A stretch of 63,543 nucleotides of DNA, filler included, from Octopus bimaculoides (lineage: Eukaryota): assembly GCF_001194135.2 (NCBI RefSeq). It is 6 parts of 6 records of this genome, joined end to end, with 100 filler letters (N's around TTAATTAATTAA, not from the genome) between each part and the next. Parts side by side here need not be neighbours in the genome. Positions count along the whole stretch, not along the records: positions 61,320 to 63,543 come from NW_026423581.1; 5 more parts are not named here. One strand, given 5' to 3'. The position numbers and the translations under genes are program-made. Below are positions 62,720 through 63,543 of this stretch, in pieces. Position 1 is the stretch's first letter, and every line of letters begins with the position of its first letter. The notes beneath the pieces are model-generated. The model was given only the letters and a program-made list of their open reading frames with translations. It was not told where the DNA came from and searched no databases.

Positions 62720-63395
62720 CCTTCATATTTGTTCAATATACGGTGCACTTCAACTACTACACTATTTTTTTTTCAATTTTTCCACCGGGTGTGGATCTAT
62801 ATAACCCACCTTTTCCTCTGAAAATATTTACAATTTGTTTTGTTTTTGTTTACCGAAAAGGCTTCTCCTATGGTTTTTAAGTTAAAAATGATTGGCCAAA
62901 ATTGGTCCGAAGCGGGATGGCAAAACTTTATTTTCATTTTATGAAAAAAAAGTTGCCTCCACCCCCCATAATTTCGAAGGCTGTGATGAAATTTTAAAAA
63001 TCGGAAAACACCCCGTCAAAACGGAGTAGTTCAAACTTATTTAGTCGACCTTATCCCAAACTCCGTTTTTTTTTCGGAACTCCACTCCTCACACCCTCGA
63101 AAAAAATTTTCCTCACAAATTTCTTTATAATCGTAATATATGTCGTTTGAAAGGTATTTTGATTAGAATTTCATTAAAAGATATCCATTTTCCTAGAAGT
63201 TATGAGGGGAAAAAGTTGGATCGTGTAAATCTTCCGAAACTCCTCTCTCTCCACCCCCTCGGTAAACACCTTTCCCATAAATCCCTATAAACTCTGAATC
63301 CACAACATCTAAGCAGTATTTGTTAAAAATTTCGCTAAAATGTGTCCATTTTTCTGGAAGTTATGAGGCAACAAAGTCAGGGGGGGGTACACATC
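62720..63395. mobile_element. Unclassified non-coding repeat, possibly DINE/Helentron-like
   Basis: The module tccatttt.ctRgaagttatgagg is duplicated at ~63184 and ~63345; no ORF. Confidence 0.3.
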
Positions 63396-63543
63396 TGTAG
63401 TTATACATATATATGTGTGTGTATATATATATATGCGTGTATGTGAGTGTATACATGTATGTGTATATGTGTGTATATATATGTGTGTGTGTATGTATAT
63501 ATATATATGTGTGTATGTGTGTGTGTTTATGTATATATAAATA

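Larger units (their letters stand above)
341..63543. repeat. Dense dispersed microsatellites: (TA)n, (CA)n, (GA)n, (TAA)n, (GAT)n, (GATA)n, (TACA)n, (AAC)n
   Basis: Examples: (TACA)n 10365-10450 and 19710-19835; (GATA)n 33185-33240, 39865-39924 and 54733-54786; (TAA)n 28826-28910 and 59455-59528; (ATC)n 53179-53310. Most gaps are bounded by such tracts. Confidence 0.98.

Noticed and set aside
2309-62821. Long ORFs (200-420 aa) in the ORF track
   Set aside because: They are made of X from gaps plus microsatellite translations (YIYI, THTH, poly-I/N/D/H).
1-63543. Prokaryotic-type systems (CRISPR-Cas, TnpB/Fanzor, retrons, defence operons)
   Set aside because: No operon-like ORF density and no RuvC or Cas motifs in any frame.

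Overview
AT-rich, microsatellite-saturated eukaryotic (metazoan) genomic DNA with roughly 15% assembly gaps. The repeat complement (Dong/R4-type LINEs in (TAA)n, tRNA-derived SINEs carrying internal microsatellites) looks like an octopod cephalopod genome; that is an inference, not a database match. No host protein-coding gene can be called with confidence, and most long entries in the ORF track are artefacts of N-runs or simple repeats. Supported content: one apparently intact tRNA-Gly(GCC) gene; a decayed maT (DD37D) Tc1/mariner transposon; about 12 fragments of REL-endonuclease Dong/R4-like LINEs, seven stacked on one strand at 40.9-48.0 kb; Tx1/L1-like, RT-LINE and Gypsy fragments; many SINEs; hAT-type MITEs with 8-bp TSDs; Helentron/DINE-like elements; and several long palindromes, one with head-to-head TTAGGG arrays. 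The best candidate for an undescribed system is a structurally complete type I hammerhead ribozyme at 7348-7413 inside a hairpin-rich ~300-bp non-coding unit (retrozyme-like), with further decayed minimal hammerheads elsewhere in the window.
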